A stretch of DNA of 32,576 nucleotides from Methanomicrobiales archaeon (GTDB lineage: Archaea > Halobacteriota > Methanomicrobia > Methanomicrobiales > Methanospirillaceae), in assembly GCA_017883495.1 (NCBI GenBank), contig JADGNL010000165.1:1-32576 (forward strand), in the 5' to 3' direction. A program made the position numbers and the translations under genes. This document shows, one piece after another, positions 1 through 9,113 of this stretch. The notes beneath the pieces were generated by a model. It was given only the letters and a program-made list of their open reading frames with translations, searched no databases and was not told where the DNA came from. Position 1 is the first letter of the stretch. Each line of letters begins with the position of its first letter.

Positions 1-1
1 C

Positions 2-127
2 GAGGGGATGTGCCGGGCGCTCGAGGCCGGCGTCCGGTTCGCGCACATCATCAACGGCAACACCGAGCACAATCTCCTCCTCGAGCTCTTCACCCGCGAC
101 GGCGTCGGGACGATGATCTTCGCCTGA
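2..127 (+). CDS. argB: Acetylglutamate kinase, 3' end (5' truncated by window)
   Basis: Frame 2 reads [41 protein letters not shown], the characteristic NAG-kinase C-terminus (AHIIxGxxxHxLLLExFTxxGxGTMI). Not in the ORF track. Confidence 0.88.
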   Translation, partial: EGMCRALEAGVRFAHIINGNTEHNLLLELFTRDGVGTMIFA

Positions 128-163
128 GGCCCGTATCGAGCGGCTCCGGTGGAGACGCCATAC

Positions 164-171
164 TTTTATTA
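164..171 (+). promoter_or_regulatory. Putative TATA box of the PKD gene
   Basis: TTTTATTA in a GC-rich context ~35 nt upstream of the GTG at 207. Confidence 0.5.
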
Positions 172-206
172 TCCCTCCCCTGCAGCTGACTGATCGTCAT
201 GGGGTT

Positions 207-1427
207 GTGAGGGTCCATCCCGATCCGCGCTTGCCCGCAGCAGCCACGCCCGTTGCCGCACTCCTGATCGTCCTTCTTCTCGCTCCCCCGGCAACGGCCG
301 CGCTGATGGCGGACTTCGTTGCCGTGCCGTCCGACGGAGAGGCGCCCCTCACGGTCGTATTCACCGATCGTTCGTCGAGTACGATCTTCGGAGCTGCAGA
401 GAAGTGGACCTGGCTGTTCGGGGACGGATCGAGTTCGACCCTCCGGAACCCGACTCACCTCTACTCTGTGCCGGGAACCTATACGGTCCGCCTCGAAGCC
501 CAGGCGAACGTGGGCTCCGACGAGTTCACGGAGCAGGGAACCGTGGAGAAGACGGTCGTGGTTCGACTCCCGCTGAGAGCCTCGTTCGACTACCAGAACG
601 TCGGGCCCCTGACCGTTCAGTTCACCGAGACCTCGACCGGCGATGTCACTGGCCGGTCATGGTGGTTCGGCGACGGTGCAACCTCGGCCGCCCGGAATCC
701 GAGGCATACGTACGCCGGATCCGGTCCGTACACGGTACGGTTCGGCGTCCTTGGACCGGGGGACGAATTCCCCAGGTCGACGGCAGAGAGGACGGTCCTG
801 GTCGAATCCACCCCCTCCCGCTCCCCGACGACGATCCCCGTGACCTACCCGCCCTTCCTGATCCTGCATCCGACCGTGTCGCCGCAGAGCGACTCAGTCA
901 CGGTCGAGGGGAGCGTGAGCCCGGGCACTGCGGGGACGACCATCACCCGGATCACCTGGGACTGGGGCGATGGTGCGGTCGAGGACCACGACGTCCCGAA
1001 CACGCACACCTACGCCGAGGCCGGTTCATACGCGATCACGGTCACCGCATACCAGAACGACGGGGAATCCGCGACCCGGTCCGTGACGATCTCCATGCCC
1101 GGCCCGACCGGGACCACGATCGTGCAATCCCCGACGACCGCACCGCCGACGGTGACCGTGGCCACGGTCATCCCCACGGCGACTGACGTTCCGCCGCCGC
1201 CGGACTTCCCGTGGTGGCTCGTCGCGATCGTCGCCGTGGGCCTGCTCGCCGGCGGCGTCGCGGTCGTGAAGGGGTGGCCGGGCGTGTCCTCTCCGGAGGA
1301 GCCCGCGGTCCCCGGGCTGACGATCGAGCCCCGGGGCGGGCTGCGAAGGACGAATGTGGAAGAGGACCCGGGTCGGGATGCCCGGATCGAGATCGAGGTG
1401 CGGGGAGGGATTCGACGAGAGCGATAA
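207..1427 (+). CDS. PKD-domain cell-surface protein (signal peptide, 3 PKD domains, Thr/Pro linker, C-terminal TM helix)
   Basis: Three PKD signatures (WLFGDG..NPTHLY..PGTYTV; WWFGDG..NPRHTY; WDWGDG..THTYAEAGSY), hydrophobic N-terminus, TM segment WWLVAIVAVGLLAGGVAVV. Confidence 0.9.
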   Translation: MRVHPDPRLPAAATPVAALLIVLLLAPPATAALMADFVAVPSDGEAPLTVVFTDRSSSTIFGAAEKWTWLFGDGSSSTLRNPTHLYSVPGTYTVRLEAQANVGSDEFTEQGTVEKTVVVRLPLRASFDYQNVGPLTVQFTETSTGDVTGRSWWFGDGATSAARNPRHTYAGSGPYTVRFGVLGPGDEFPRSTAERTVLVESTPSRSPTTIPVTYPPFLILHPTVSPQSDSVTVEGSVSPGTAGTTITRITWDWGDGAVEDHDVPNTHTYAEAGSYAITVTAYQNDGESATRSVTISMPGPTGTTIVQSPTTAPPTVTVATVIPTATDVPPPPDFPWWLVAIVAVGLLAGGVAVVKGWPGVSSPEEPAVPGLTIEPRGGLRRTNVEEDPGRDARIEIEVRGGIRRER

Positions 1428-2091
1428 GGAGCAGCAGAACGATCCGTTCGACCGGGCGGAGTTCGCGGCCGAGGTCGCGGGCATGATGAAGGCGCGGGGG
1501 GAGGCCGAGCTCTCCGGTGTGGCCAAGTACCACCGCATGGCCGGTGTGCCGGCGAAGAAGGCGCTCGAGCTGGCCGCCCTCCAGGTTGCGGACACGCTGG
1601 TCCGGTACCTCTCGCAGGGCTGGATCAAGGCGACCGTCGAGGAGATGGAGGCCGCGGGCGGCGGGCCCGGCACGACGGCGTTCACCGTCGCTCCGGCAAG
1701 GCCGCTCCGCGTGGCCCTCCCGTCCTGGGACCAGTACGTCGAGTTCGTGGTCCGGGCGAACGGGTTCGAGCTGGCCCGCCCGAGCATCGACTTCCGTGTC
1801 GACCCGCGGATCGAGGTCATCGATGCTGCGCTCCGCCGCTGGCCCGACGGCGGATACGAGCTGACCCTCGGCAGGGCCCGGTTCGGCTGCCGGATCTTCC
1901 TCAAGCAGCCCGGGGGCGACCTGCTGATCGGCGAGCCGAAGACGCGGGAGTTTCAGTTCGCCGAGCCGATCTCGTTCGGCGGCAGCGGGCCGCCCGAAGA
2001 GGAGGAGAAGGTCTGCCCGTACGGGCTTGACGCGGCCTGTCCGCTCCGGACGGGCGCGGACGCGCAGAAGAGTGTGCCGAGACCGGAATAA
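1354..2091 (+). CDS. Hypothetical protein (start uncertain: ATG 1354, 1378 or 1483/1486)
   Basis: Long ORF with host-like GC3 codon bias and globular, beta-rich composition, directly downstream of the PKD gene. Confidence 0.65.
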   Translation: MWKRTRVGMPGSRSRCGEGFDESDKEQQNDPFDRAEFAAEVAGMMKARGEAELSGVAKYHRMAGVPAKKALELAALQVADTLVRYLSQGWIKATVEEMEAAGGGPGTTAFTVAPARPLRVALPSWDQYVEFVVRANGFELARPSIDFRVDPRIEVIDAALRRWPDGGYELTLGRARFGCRIFLKQPGGDLLIGEPKTREFQFAEPISFGGSGPPEEEEKVCPYGLDAACPLRTGADAQKSVPRPE

Positions 2092-2274
2092 GGTCGGGTC
2101 ACTTCGCCTTCGCGGAGCGCCCTGCCACGGTCCCTCTCGGCCGTTCGGATGCGCTCCTGTCGCTCTTTCGCCGTTCCAGCCGTGGGCCGTTCTCCCCCGC
2201 GGCCCGACTGATAATACGGTGGACGTTGAGCGCCGCCACCCGGTGTTCGGTCGAAATATCGCCGTCCATTGTCT

Positions 2275-2856
2275 TCACCCCACCCGGATCGTGACGCCCG
2301 GGATGCCGCCGTTCGAGACCGCCCGGGCCGCGCCGAGCGCCTGCCGTACCTGGGCCTCGCTGACTGGCATGCCGGCCATCCCGAGCAGCTCCTGGAGCAT
2401 GATCGTCTGTTCCTGCTGGAAGGGCACGTTCACGGTCACGATGCCGTAGACGTCCCCTGAGACGGTGCCGTTGACGCGGACCGTGATCCGGTCCTGACCC
2501 GCCTGGACCGTCGCCAGGGCGGCATTGAGCAGGGCCTGGTTGTCGAGCGTGACCGGCACGGTCCTCGTGATCGACTGGCGGGCCGGAAGGGTGACGGGAC
2601 CGGTCCGCCCGTCCCCCAGGCGCCGCAGACCGCCGGCCTCGACCGAGGAGACCGTGAACGCGACGTCCTTCAAAGGAATATCGAACGAGTTCGGGTTCGT
2701 GACCTGGACCTCGACCTGGAGCGTCGTGTTCGCCGGCGTGAACGTCCCGACCCGGACACTCTCGACGGCGACCGTCGGTTGCGCGATGCAGCCGGCCGTG
2801 CCGGCGATCATAAGGATGGCGGCGAGAACGAGGACGGAGGTGAGATATCTGGGCAC
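2275..2856 (-). CDS. LEA_2/WHy-domain (LEA14-like) lipoprotein
   Basis: Lipobox TAGC after a hydrophobic stretch; V-x-N-P-N motif (VQVTNPNSFDIPL) typical of WHy/LEA_2. Start placed at GTG 2856 (alternative 2877). Confidence 0.8.
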   Translation of the reverse strand: MPRYLTSVLVLAAILMIAGTAGCIAQPTVAVESVRVGTFTPANTTLQVEVQVTNPNSFDIPLKDVAFTVSSVEAGGLRRLGDGRTGPVTLPARQSITRTVPVTLDNQALLNAALATVQAGQDRITVRVNGTVSGDVYGIVTVNVPFQQEQTIMLQELLGMAGMPVSEAQVRQALGAARAVSNGGIPGVTIRVG

Positions 2857-2970
2857 GGCACAGGCTCCTGCGTGCACGCTGGCATGCGCGCTGCTGATAG
2901 GAGCGGCTTCTACTTAAGGATATTCTCTGAGCATCCGATGGGTGCCGGTCCGCCCCATAACGGGACGATT

Positions 2971-3810
2971 TTAACGGCTCACCAGGCAGACCCAGCGGTC
3001 GTAGATCGGGTCCCGCTCGTTTTCGAAGATCTCGACCCCGCGGCCGGCTTCGACGGCCCAGCCGGCGACGAGGGCGGCCTCCGGCTCGGTCCCGAGTGTG
3101 ATCAGCGTCTCGTCCGAAAGCCCGACGAGCTGAAGGACGAGACTCCGCCAGAGCTCGTCGTTGAGCCCGGGGTAGCACTGGCCGACCATCAGGGCGAGTC
3201 CGACCGGGGCCGGCTCGACATAGTCGGTCGCGAAGGTCCCGTCGATGCAGCAGACCTCCTCGGGGAGGAGCCGTCCCTCGGCGAGCCCCCGCGCGATGAG
3301 GGCGGCGTCGTTGTCGTACGAGAGCGGCGCCATTCCGAGGGACCGGAGCACCGCGGCACCGATTCCCGACCCGCAGCAGGCGTCGATCGCGCGGGTCCCC
3401 TCTCGCGCGCCCCAGTGCTCGGCCACGAGATCCCTGGCCTTCGCGAATCGGTCCGGCGGCAGGTCGTTGGTCGCGGGCAGGACCTCGGCACGGATCCGCT
3501 CCGCGTAATAGGCGCGGACCGCCCGCGCCCAGACCTCGCGCGGCTCCTGGTAGATCTCGCCGCCGGTCTCCTCGAACCGTTCGAGCCAGATCACGGACGG
3601 CGTCCGGTAGAGGAAGGTCGCCGCGTGCCAGGCGTCGTCGTCGCGGAGCGCGATCGCGATCGGGTCGTCGTCCTCGTCCACGAGGAGGCGCCCGTCCGTC
3701 GCCTCGAGCTCCGGCGCGACCGAGGAGTAGAGTTCGTCGGTCAGTTCTGCAAAGCTCGGCTCGACGAACCGGAGCTCCGGCACCTCGATCAGTTCTGCGG
3801 CCGTCACCAT
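2971..3810 (-). CDS. Putative class I SAM-dependent methyltransferase-like protein
   Basis: Motif I-like IDACCGSGIG followed by an acidic residue (SYDND). Start set at ATG 3810 (MVTAAELIE), just after the upstream stop at 3818. Confidence 0.7.
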   Translation of the reverse strand: MVTAAELIEVPELRFVEPSFAELTDELYSSVAPELEATDGRLLVDEDDDPIAIALRDDDAWHAATFLYRTPSVIWLERFEETGGEIYQEPREVWARAVRAYYAERIRAEVLPATNDLPPDRFAKARDLVAEHWGAREGTRAIDACCGSGIGAAVLRSLGMAPLSYDNDAALIARGLAEGRLLPEEVCCIDGTFATDYVEPAPVGLALMVGQCYPGLNDELWRSLVLQLVGLSDETLITLGTEPEAALVAGWAVEAGRGVEIFENERDPIYDRWVCLVSR

Positions 3811-3817
3811 CGCTGTA

Positions 3818-4660
3818 TCACGTCGCCCTGAGTATGCGCAGGCCCCCGGGGGCCCGCATGGTTCCGTCCACGAGCGCCCGCTCGTGCACGTCGATCGTTC
3901 GCCCGTCCAGGTCGCCGAGGACCCGTGCCCCCGACCCGACCTCGATCGTCCCGCCGCACGCGACCGTGCCGTGGACGACACTCTCCGGACCGATCACGAC
4001 CCGGTCCGCGGCCCGGATCGAGCCGAAGAGGATCGTATTCCTGCCGACCTCGACGACACGGCCCCGGACGTTGCCGTGGAGCCGGCAGTCCGAGCCGATC
4101 GCCATCTCGCCCGGCACCTCGAGCCGCTCCATGTCGAAGATCGCGCCCGGCGGGATCACGAGTGGCTCCTCCACGGGCGTCTCGTCGCCGCCGAGCACCT
4201 CGGTCATGAACCGGTCGACCTCGTCCTCGTGCTCGAAACGGAGCATGGCCATCAGGTAGAGCATGAGGTAGACGATCACCGGGAGCGGGTTGCGGATCTG
4301 GATCCAGCCCCGGGCCTCGAACCCCTGCTCGATCTTCACGTTGTCGCCGATGTCGAGGTCGCCCGCGACCGAGAGCCGGCCCGCGATCCGGACGCCCTCG
4401 CCGAGGTAGGCGTCCTCCTCGGTCCGGACGTCGCCGGCGACCTCGGTCCAGTTGCCGATCCGGACGTCGCCCGTGGCCGTCACGGCCCCGTTGACCCGGC
4501 AGAACTCGGCCACCACGACCTCGGCGCCGGAGAGGCCGTAGTCGATCCGGCAGCGGTCCCCGATCAGGATCGCGCGGTCCGTCATCAGCACGTGCTCCTG
4601 GAGCTCGGTTCCGTCGGGGATCGTGCACCGATCGAGGAGTGCGGGCGCGGTCTCGTCCAT
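3818..4660 (-). CDS. COG4801-like beta-helix protein (bactofilin/'acyltransferase'-like) with central hydrophobic helix
   Basis: Two blocks of G-x-V/I-x-x-x-G-D-V/L repeats separated by the hydrophobic segment LPVIVYLMLYLMAML. Confidence 0.75.
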   Translation of the reverse strand: MDETAPALLDRCTIPDGTELQEHVLMTDRAILIGDRCRIDYGLSGAEVVVAEFCRVNGAVTATGDVRIGNWTEVAGDVRTEEDAYLGEGVRIAGRLSVAGDLDIGDNVKIEQGFEARGWIQIRNPLPVIVYLMLYLMAMLRFEHEDEVDRFMTEVLGGDETPVEEPLVIPPGAIFDMERLEVPGEMAIGSDCRLHGNVRGRVVEVGRNTILFGSIRAADRVVIGPESVVHGTVACGGTIEVGSGARVLGDLDGRTIDVHERALVDGTMRAPGGLRILRAT

Positions 4661-4681
4661 TATCGCATGCCGTACACTGTT

Positions 4682-5917
4682 TCAGGCCCCGTATTTATGA
4701 GACTTGCCGATCAGGTCGAGCAGGGTCGGCAGGAGGTCGCGGCCGCGGATGCGGTGGAGACCGCCCTCGGCGCAGCGGAACTCGTCGTACTTCGTCACAC
4801 GGTCGGGCCGGACCCCTTCGCCGCGGACCAGCACCGGGACCGGGTCGGCCGAGTGGTCCATGACCGTGCACGGCGTCGAGTGGTCGCCGCAGACGGCGAT
4901 CACAGTTTCCTGCAGGTCGAGGAACGGGGCGAGCGCTCCGTCGATCCGCTCGATGAAGTCGCGCTTCTGTTCGGCCTTGCCGTCGTGGCCGGACTCGTCC
5001 GCGCCCTTGATGTTCAGGAGCACGAACCCGTGGGTCTCGAGCGCGTCCACGACGGCCCGGACCTTCCCGTCCAGGTTCGTGTCGACCGAGCCGGTCGCGC
5101 CCTCGACATGGATCGTCTCGAGCCCGACGACCTTCCCGATCCCGGTGATCAGGGTCGCGGCCGCGACCACGGCGCCGGAGAGGCCGTACCGCTCGCCGAA
5201 CGGTTCGAAGTGGCCCATCCGGCCGGCGCCGCGGAGCAGCACCTCGTTCGCCGGCGGCAACCCTTGAGCGAGCCGCTCGCGGTTGAGCGGGTGGTTGAAG
5301 AGGATCGGCCGGGCCTGCCGGACGAACTCGTTCAGGACCGCCGCGGTCTTCACGTCCTCGGGCCGGACCGTCGTCGGTTCGAACCGCGTGGGCGCGACGC
5401 CCTCGTGCTTCGGGTCGTTCGAGCCGACCCCGTCGCCGAGCCCCGTGCCCTCGAGCGCGAGCGCGGCGCGGTGGCCGGCCCCAGAGACGAAGCGGAAGGA
5501 GACGCCGAAGGGCAGGAGATCGACACCGTCCTCGATCGCCTTCGAGAGCGGCTCCGTCCCGTGGATCCGGCCGGCGCGGCGGTCCGTGACGAGCCCGTCG
5601 GGGCCGAGGGTCGCGAAGTTCGCCCGGAAGCCGATCATGCCCGGGCGCATCCGGATCCCCGAGCCCTCGGCCTCGAGCGGCCCGCGGCCCGTGTAATACT
5701 CTTCCGGCGGGTACCCGAGCAGGGCCAGGTGCGAGGTGTCCGAGCCGGGCCGGATCCCCGGAGCGATCGTATCCATGATCCCGGTCGCGCCCTCGCGGGC
5801 CATGCGGTCGAGCACGGGCGTCCGCGCGGCCGAGAGCGGGGTCGCCCCGCCGAGGGCCGGGTGCGGCCGGTCGCCGATCCCGTCGAGGACGATCAGCAGA
5901 ATCCTCTGGGCGGTCAT
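4682..5917 (-). CDS. apgM: 2,3-bisphosphoglycerate-independent phosphoglycerate mutase (archaeal)
   Basis: LDGIGD, PGSDTSHLALLGY, GRGPLEA, DRRAGRI, KGADESGHDG, DHSTP and HSADPVP motifs. Confidence 0.96.
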   Translation of the reverse strand: MTAQRILLIVLDGIGDRPHPALGGATPLSAARTPVLDRMAREGATGIMDTIAPGIRPGSDTSHLALLGYPPEEYYTGRGPLEAEGSGIRMRPGMIGFRANFATLGPDGLVTDRRAGRIHGTEPLSKAIEDGVDLLPFGVSFRFVSGAGHRAALALEGTGLGDGVGSNDPKHEGVAPTRFEPTTVRPEDVKTAAVLNEFVRQARPILFNHPLNRERLAQGLPPANEVLLRGAGRMGHFEPFGERYGLSGAVVAAATLITGIGKVVGLETIHVEGATGSVDTNLDGKVRAVVDALETHGFVLLNIKGADESGHDGKAEQKRDFIERIDGALAPFLDLQETVIAVCGDHSTPCTVMDHSADPVPVLVRGEGVRPDRVTKYDEFRCAEGGLHRIRGRDLLPTLLDLIGKSHKYGA

Positions 5918-5995
5918 CGGGTATGCGTGCGCGTTCGTGCGCCATAGATGTGCCGGCCGCCATCTTTATCCGGCCCCGTGCCCACGGATTCTCAC

Positions 5996-6763
5996 GTGAT
6001 CCTCGTCGTCTCGGACCTTCACGCCGGCCACCCGGATGCGGATGTTCCGGCGTTCCTCGAGTTCCTCGCGGCCTGCGAGTCGATCGACGGCGGCACGCTC
6101 GTCCTGCTCGGCGACATCTTCGACCTCTGGCGCCGCCGCAACGGGCCGCTCCTGGTCGAGCACGGCGGGCTCCTGGACCGGCTGGCCCGCCTCCGCGGCA
6201 TGGACGTCCGGTACCTGGTCGGGAACCACGACTACGCCCTCCTCGCGATCGCGGCGCGGTCCGCGGGGCGAGGGCCGTTTCCGATCGCAAGGCAGCTCCT
6301 CCTCGACGAGGGTGGCCGCACCACGCTCTTCATGCACGGGTACGAACTCGAAGTCTACGGCTCGCTCGAGCCCGTCTCGGTCGAGGCCTACGAGGCGTTC
6401 TCGGCCCGGATGTGCGCGGTCGGCGACCTCGGCGGGGCCGTGACGGGCCGCATCTACGACCTCTACGCACGCGGCCTCGACCTGGCCGGACGGCGCGAGG
6501 CCCTCCAGCGCCCCGCGCACGAGCGCCAGACCCTCGACGCGGCCGAGACCCTCGCCCGTTCGCCGGCCAGCCGGCTGCTGCTCGGCATCGGTGCCGGCGA
6601 CCGGCTCGTGTACGGCCACACGCACCGCGCCTCGGTCAGCGACGACGGCCTGACGGCCAACCCCGGCGCCTGGGTCGCGGACGGAGGCGAGAGCCGTACC
6701 TACCTCCGGATTGAAGACGACCGCGTGACCCTGCGCCGTTTCGGCCGGGATCCGTTTCCGTAA
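5996..6763 (+). CDS. Calcineurin-like metallophosphoesterase (LpxH/YbbF-like subfamily)
   Basis: SDLH, LGDIFD, GNHD, MHG, GHTH and NPGAW motifs. Start moved to GTG 5996 (MILVVSDLH), ~27 nt after a TTTATC element. Confidence 0.88.
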   Translation: MILVVSDLHAGHPDADVPAFLEFLAACESIDGGTLVLLGDIFDLWRRRNGPLLVEHGGLLDRLARLRGMDVRYLVGNHDYALLAIAARSAGRGPFPIARQLLLDEGGRTTLFMHGYELEVYGSLEPVSVEAYEAFSARMCAVGDLGGAVTGRIYDLYARGLDLAGRREALQRPAHERQTLDAAETLARSPASRLLLGIGAGDRLVYGHTHRASVSDDGLTANPGAWVADGGESRTYLRIEDDRVTLRRFGRDPFP

Positions 6764-6775
6764 AAGAGGGGATGT

Positions 6776-7378
6776 TCAGGCTGCGACCGCGGGGGCGCGG
6801 CCGAGCAGCTTGGACTTGATCACTTCGATCCGCCGGACCGGGAAGACGGCACGCGCATCGGCCATCAGGTCCTTCGCGAGCCCGCCCGTGACCATGGACT
6901 CGACCACGGTCTTCCAGTCGTTCTCGGCGATGAAGGCCCCGACCCGCGCGAAGATCCGCTTCCGGATCTCGTGGATGTGCGACGAGTCGGCGGCCATCAG
7001 CGTGTAGCAGGTCACGGTCATGTGAACCCGGACGCCATCCTTGGTCGTGCCGACCACGTGCGCGTCGATCCGGCTCGAGCGCCGCTTCACGAGCGAGCGG
7101 AGGTAGTCCTTGGTCAGCTCGTGGCCGACGAACTCCGTGTAGGCCGCGTCGCCCGCGACCCGGTCGATCCGGAACTTCATCTTGACGTGCTGCTTGCCGT
7201 AGTCGTTGTTGATCTCGCCGAGGGTCGCGTTCATCACGCGCCCGATCATGTTCTCGGTGTCGGCCGAGATGGTTTCGCCGATGACGGCCGCATTGAAGGT
7301 CTCGGGGGCGTGGACCTTGTACCAGGTCTTCGCCTTCCACCCCTCAACGCGCCGTCCGGCCTGCTTCTTTCTTGCCAT
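6776..7378 (-). CDS. rps3ae: 30S ribosomal protein S3Ae (eS1)
   Basis: WKAKTWYKVHAPETF, FVGHELTKDYLRSLVKRRSSRID, FPVRRIEVIKSK. Confidence 0.97.
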   Translation of the reverse strand: MARKKQAGRRVEGWKAKTWYKVHAPETFNAAVIGETISADTENMIGRVMNATLGEINNDYGKQHVKMKFRIDRVAGDAAYTEFVGHELTKDYLRSLVKRRSSRIDAHVVGTTKDGVRVHMTVTCYTLMAADSSHIHEIRKRIFARVGAFIAENDWKTVVESMVTGGLAKDLMADARAVFPVRRIEVIKSKLLGRAPAVAA

Positions 7379-7392
7379 TCATTCACCTGTGG

Positions 7393-8913
7393 TTATACGA
7401 ATCTGAAGATCTCATGTGCATCGCCGAACCGCCGGCGGATCCCCGCCGGCCAGTCGTCGAGGTCGAAGCCCTTCTGTGCGAGGAACGCGGCGGTCCAGCG
7501 CTCGAGCCCGATCCCGGAGCAGCCCGACCAGAGGTCGCCGCCCGACTGGACTTTCACGTTGAACCCGCGCGGGTACTTGTCGCCGTTGACCGAGACGTTC
7601 TGGAACTCGAGCCAGGAGTCCGAGTAGGGGAGATAGGCCTCGTAGTCGGTCGTCCCGATCCGCTCCGAGGCGCCCTCGCCGCCGAGCATGCCCTCCTGGG
7701 CCATGAACCAGGGCGTGACCCTGGCGCTGCGCCACTCGAGCTCGAGCACCTCGTCGAAGAGGCGCCGGTACCGCTCGTGAAGCAGGTCGGCCGTCTCGAC
7801 CGTCTGCTCGGGCGTCCCGAGCCAGAGGAGCTCGATCCGATGGAACTCGTCCACGCGCTCGATCCCGTGGATGCCACCGGACTCGTACCGGTGGGAGGTC
7901 CCCGAGCGGTCGAAGACGCGGGCCGGCAGGCTGTCGTTCGTGAGGGTCGCCCCCCCCAGGAACGGCCAGAACGACGGGCACTGCGCATAGCAGAGCCCGC
8001 CGATCGGCCCGTCTATCTTCTCGCGAATCATGTCGACCGGGACCTCGCCCGTGACCTTGAAGTGGTCCGCGACGTCCTCCCAGTAGGCGGGGTCGCGGGT
8101 CTTCGGGACCGAGACGTAGTAGATCTCGGGGTAGACGCCCTTCGCGTGCCCCGACTTGACCCAGACCTCCCAGGGCACGAGCTTGGGGAAGATCATCTCC
8201 GCAAAGCCGAGCGGCCCGACGATCTCCTCGAGCACGAGCGCCTCGAAGGCCCGGAAGAGCCGGGTCGACTGGGGGCCGTGGATCCACTGGCCCCGCGAGA
8301 GGGCGTGCTTGATCCAGCCGCGCCGGATCATCTCCTGTGTCGGGTCCTCGCGGAACCGGAACCCGCGCTTGGGGGACTCGTACAGGAGCTCCCAGTGCTC
8401 GCCCTTGCCGCCGTACACGGCCGCCTCGGTCTTCTCCTCGACGAGCCGGATCAGCCGGTCGGGGATCCGGTTCTCGAGGTCGGCGGCCGTGACCGCGAGC
8501 TCGAGCACGATCCGGTCCGGCTCGACCTCGGCCGAGCGGACGAACGGGAGCGACGCGAGCAGGAGCCCCTCGGGCACCTCGCCCCGGAGCTCGACCCTGA
8601 AATGGACGACCACGATCTCGCGAAGGCCGATCCGGTGCCGGCCGAACAGGCCGGCGATCTGCTTTCTGAACCGGAAGAGCGCATCGTGGGCCCGGGTGTA
8701 CCCGCCGCTCTCGAACGTGACCGTGAGGACCGGCCCCGCGATCGCGTAGCCCGTGATCAGGCCGATCTCGTCGGTCGGGGCGTCCTTCGGAACACCCTTT
8801 CTGAAGATGACCGTGTTCGCCTCCTCGACGGCCCGGTCGAGCTCGGGCCGGAGCTCGTCGGGGATCTCCCGCGAGAAGATCAGGTCGGCCGTCAGGCCGA
8901 ATCGTGGCTGCAT
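7393..8913 (-). CDS. serS: Seryl-tRNA synthetase, methanogen (type 2, Zn-dependent) form
   Basis: YAQCPSFW, DRSGTSHRYESGG, RVDEFHRIE, LEFQNVSVNG and WSGCSGIG, with the Cys/Glu/Cys Zn ligands. Start at ATG 8913 (MQPRFGL). Confidence 0.95.
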   Translation of the reverse strand: MQPRFGLTADLIFSREIPDELRPELDRAVEEANTVIFRKGVPKDAPTDEIGLITGYAIAGPVLTVTFESGGYTRAHDALFRFRKQIAGLFGRHRIGLREIVVVHFRVELRGEVPEGLLLASLPFVRSAEVEPDRIVLELAVTAADLENRIPDRLIRLVEEKTEAAVYGGKGEHWELLYESPKRGFRFREDPTQEMIRRGWIKHALSRGQWIHGPQSTRLFRAFEALVLEEIVGPLGFAEMIFPKLVPWEVWVKSGHAKGVYPEIYYVSVPKTRDPAYWEDVADHFKVTGEVPVDMIREKIDGPIGGLCYAQCPSFWPFLGGATLTNDSLPARVFDRSGTSHRYESGGIHGIERVDEFHRIELLWLGTPEQTVETADLLHERYRRLFDEVLELEWRSARVTPWFMAQEGMLGGEGASERIGTTDYEAYLPYSDSWLEFQNVSVNGDKYPRGFNVKVQSGGDLWSGCSGIGLERWTAAFLAQKGFDLDDWPAGIRRRFGDAHEIFRFV

Positions 8914-9113
8914 TGCTCCTCCGCAATCTGACAGTTCATCAGGTAGTCGTCCATCGTCGCGATGATCGAGCCGCACTCCCGTGCCGCGAGCCGGGCGACG
9001 ACCGCCCCGCCCTCGACCGAGGTCGAGCAGAGCAGGTGGTCGTCGGGGCCGAGCGCGGCGGCCACGCAGGCCGGGTGCACGTGACGGGTCGTGATCACGC
9101 CCTCGCACCTCAT
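8892..9113 (-). CDS. pcc1: KEOPS complex subunit Pcc1
   Basis: 73 aa with AAALGPDD and SIIATMDDYLMNCQIAEE, in the usual position between the DHH gene and serS/rps3ae. Confidence 0.85.
   Translation of the reverse strand: MRCEGVITTRHVHPACVAAALGPDDHLLCSTSVEGGAVVARLAARECGSIIATMDDYLMNCQIAEEQCSHDSA

Noticed and set aside
3884..8931. Long antisense or alternative-frame ORFs (e.g. 3884-5947+, 4695-6290-, 7372-8931+, 7412-8926-) and similar ones across the window
   Set aside because: Shadow ORFs of well-supported genes, caused by stop-codon scarcity at high GC; they are Arg/Pro/Gly-rich and lack motifs.
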